In this document: positions 61,742-64,000 of the stretch, piece after piece
How positions within the stretch are numbered: the stretch's first letter is position 1
How the letters are laid out: the number at the start of each line of letters is the position of its first letter
DNA from: Nitrospirota bacterium
Lineage (GTDB): Bacteria; Nitrospirota; UBA9217
Direction: 5' to 3'
Assembly (NCBI GenBank): GCA_963845065.1
Contig: CAWJQQ010000003.1
Location: forward strand, 160,001 to 224,000
Length of the DNA stretch: 64,000 nt
Position numbers and translations under genes: made by a program
Notes under the pieces: model-generated
Told to the model about the DNA's origin: nothing
Database searches by the model: none
Seen by the model: only the letters and a program-made list of their open reading frames with translations

Positions 61742-62788
61742 ATGAAATTGCGTATACAGATTGGTAACACTCTAAAAACAGCGGTACTCTTACTGCTCTC
61801 AGTCACTTTTGCTTTGGGTGCAGCAGAGGCTGCCTACCGGTACTATCTTTCCCGTAAGGCGCCTTCGTTCCCGCCCGTTGGCATTGAGAATGCCGTCTAT
61901 CATCATGACCTAAAACCGAATTTCTCGGGCCCCCAACGGTTCGGGACCGAAGTAGCATATTATGTCACTAATAACATGGGATTCAGAGATAGGGAAATGA
62001 GAACGGTCACTCCGAACCATAGCCGTTATCGTTTGATTTTCATAGGTGATTCTTTCACAGAAGGTGTTGGTGTAAATTACGATGATACCTTTGTCGGCAT
62101 CATCCAGAGAGCTCGGCCAGATATGGAAATCTTAAACGCGGGTGTAGCTTCATACGCGCCCGTACTAGAGAATCTAAAAATCAAAAATAAACTGCTTGGG
62201 CTTAAGCCTAACCACATTGTGATGCTGGTAGATCCCTCGGACATTCAGGATTCAATCGTTTATCATTACTGGTTAAAACACAAAGATAAGCCGCAGGAAT
62301 CTACGCTGAAAACTTTGCTTCAAAGATCAAAGTTTTTAACTGATGTAATTAAAAGGATCAGTCCTCATTTCTTTCTAGACCCATCTCTCCCGTTCGATCC
62401 TAATGGCAAGGTTTGGCTTACCTATTATGAGGAACGAGGTATGTGGCTCCAAAACAAACAGATTTACGATAAATGGGGAAGGCAAGGGCTCTTACTGCTC
62501 TTGAATGATATCGATGATACTATCAACATTTGTAAAAAACATGATATAAAACTGACGGTTGTCATCTACCCGTGGCCACAGCATATCAAGGATAAAAATT
62601 ATCTTGTTGATTATCAAGGTGAAATAAAGCAGCTCTGTGTGAAAAACGGCATTAATTTAATAGATCTCTTTGATGTTTTTACGCCTGCAACGCTTTCCAC
62701 TCATTTTATAGTCGGGGACATTCATTGGAATAAGAAAGGGCATGAGTTGGTAGCCAGCACTCTTTTAAAAAGGCTCAAGCTTCCATAA
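61742..62788 (+). CDS. Membrane-anchored SGNH/GDSL hydrolase-fold protein
   Basis: N-terminal TM helix, NNMGFR, IGDSFTEG, NAGV, GDIHWN. Confidence 0.85.
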   Translation: MKLRIQIGNTLKTAVLLLLSVTFALGAAEAAYRYYLSRKAPSFPPVGIENAVYHHDLKPNFSGPQRFGTEVAYYVTNNMGFRDREMRTVTPNHSRYRLIFIGDSFTEGVGVNYDDTFVGIIQRARPDMEILNAGVASYAPVLENLKIKNKLLGLKPNHIVMLVDPSDIQDSIVYHYWLKHKDKPQESTLKTLLQRSKFLTDVIKRISPHFFLDPSLPFDPNGKVWLTYYEERGMWLQNKQIYDKWGRQGLLLLLNDIDDTINICKKHDIKLTVVIYPWPQHIKDKNYLVDYQGEIKQLCVKNGINLIDLFDVFTPATLSTHFIVGDIHWNKKGHELVASTLLKRLKLP

Positions 62789-62834
62789 GATAAATGGAGA
62801 AAAACTGCACCGACATGAGTTACCGTCTCGCTCT

Positions 62835-63791
62835 ATGACAAATAATTTAACCGCAGAAAATGCAAATCTTTGCCTTATATGTGGCAGACTATCCGCATAC
62901 AGCGAAAAGCAACTTTTCGATACGCGTTTTGGGCTTCCTCACTTCTATTGTATTGGAGCCTGCAACCCATGCGGTATCGAAATGACGATTCCTATTCCTG
63001 AACCGAAAAACCTGAAATGGCTTTACGAAGAGTACTACAACTTCAACGGTGAACGGGAAACGAGATACACGCAACTCCGTGAGAAATTCCTTTTTTCTTT
63101 TTTATATCGCTTATGGTGCATTGTAGACGGGGACATCTCATTTCATGCTCGAAAAGGATATGGAAGACTGCTTGATATCGGCTGTAATGAGGGACGGGGA
63201 TTACGGCTCTACCAACGTAATGGCTACACAGCTGAGGGGCTGGAACTTAATGAAATGGCCGCGACCGTTGCCCGATCTCATGGTTTTACTGTTTATACGC
63301 AACTTATAGAAGAATTTCGTCCAAAAGAGCAATATGATGTTACGATACTGTCAAATGTGTTGGAACACTCGTTGGACCCAAAAGTGATGCTCAGGAAAGT
63401 CCATCATATTCTCAAACCCGATGGACAGGCATGGATCAGTTGCCCCAATAACAGAAGTTGGCTTCGATCCGTTTTCGGAAAGTACTGGATTAACTGGCAT
63501 GTACCGTTCCATATTCTGCACTTTTCTGCAGATGGCCTAAAAAAGCTACTTAACGACAATGGATTCGAAATTATAGAAACACGAAACGTAACGCCTTCGC
63601 TCTGGGTCGCACATTCCATCATTGCACTTTTTTTTGCAAAACCTGGGAAACCTACAAAAGAACTGAGGAACCCCCTTATCGTTATCTTGCTAATGTTGTT
63701 CATGCGTGGTCTATTATTTCCACTTCTGTGGACCGGAAACCGTCTCGGGCGGGGAGACTGTTTAGTTGTCAGGGCCCGGAAGAGGGGATAA
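62835..63791 (+). CDS. Class I SAM-dependent methyltransferase with N-terminal Cys pairs
   Basis: CLIC..CNPC, LLDIGCNEG, NVLEH, CPN, HVPFH. Confidence 0.85.
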   Translation: MTNNLTAENANLCLICGRLSAYSEKQLFDTRFGLPHFYCIGACNPCGIEMTIPIPEPKNLKWLYEEYYNFNGERETRYTQLREKFLFSFLYRLWCIVDGDISFHARKGYGRLLDIGCNEGRGLRLYQRNGYTAEGLELNEMAATVARSHGFTVYTQLIEEFRPKEQYDVTILSNVLEHSLDPKVMLRKVHHILKPDGQAWISCPNNRSWLRSVFGKYWINWHVPFHILHFSADGLKKLLNDNGFEIIETRNVTPSLWVAHSIIALFFAKPGKPTKELRNPLIVILLMLFMRGLLFPLLWTGNRLGRGDCLVVRARKRG

Positions 63792-64000
63792 ATGCGCATT
63801 CTCATTCACGGCATTAATTATCACCCCGAACAGATCGGTATTGGTAAATATACCGGTGAGATGGCTATATGGCTAGCAAAAAGGGGACATGATGTGCACG
63901 TCGTAACGGCGCTACCTTACTACCCATCATGGCAGGTTGCAAAAGAGTATGCGGCGTGGCAATACCGGCGGGAAATTCGGTCAGGCGTTTCTGTTTTTCG
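63792..64000 (+). CDS. wcaI: WcaI-like GT4 glycosyltransferase, truncated by the window end
   Basis: MRILIHGINYHPEQIGIGKYTGEMAIWLAKRGHDVHVVTALPYYPSW. Confidence 0.85.
   Translation, partial: MRILIHGINYHPEQIGIGKYTGEMAIWLAKRGHDVHVVTALPYYPSWQVAKEYAAWQYRREIRSGVSVF

Noticed and set aside
59310..62788. Saxitoxin biosynthesis cluster
   Set aside because: Only sxtI/J/K/L-like families are present; there is no sxtA, sxtG or other core gene, and the context is polysaccharide synthesis.
1..64000. CRISPR arrays, tRNA/rRNA genes, prophage, defence systems, recoded stop codons
   Set aside because: None recognised by eye; in-frame stops are confined to two decayed genes, are of mixed types and come with frameshifts.

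Overview
This 64 kb window is a Gram-negative cell-envelope super-locus; the gene content suggests Nitrospirota or Desulfobacterota, but that placement is tentative. (1) 1-16.4 kb: argA-like acetyltransferase, hemW, then bamA-skp-lpxD-fabZ-lpxA-lpxI-gnnA-gnnB-lpxB-msbA, a decayed DUF374/LpxJ-like acyltransferase, waaA, lpxK and gmhB. This points to a diaminoglucose-type lipid A. (2) 16.4-24.7 kb: LPS core glycosyltransferases, a deacetylase, waaL and galE. (3) 24.8-48.6 kb: wbaP #1 on the minus strand, divergent from an EPS-MarR/gmd/wzm/wzt polysaccharide cluster. That cluster holds a methyltransferase-coiled coil-GT2 protein, extra methyltransferases, a GT-C protein and a decayed IS200. (4) 48.7-64 kb: wbaP #2 on the minus strand, divergent from a Wzx-type cluster with CDP-3,6-dideoxy/branched (yersiniose-like) sugar genes and a carbamoyltransferase-SxtJ-SxtK(DUF5989)-SGNH cassette. 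The best novelty candidate is a 50-aa membrane peptide in that cassette, missed by the ORF track. It ends in FIYTLF, matching the DltX-type tyrosine acyl-shuttle motif, and sits next to an AlgJ/AlgX-like SGNH protein. This suggests an MBOAT-free trans-membrane polysaccharide O-carbamoylation relay (hypothesis). All calls come from motif recognition by eye; no searches were run.
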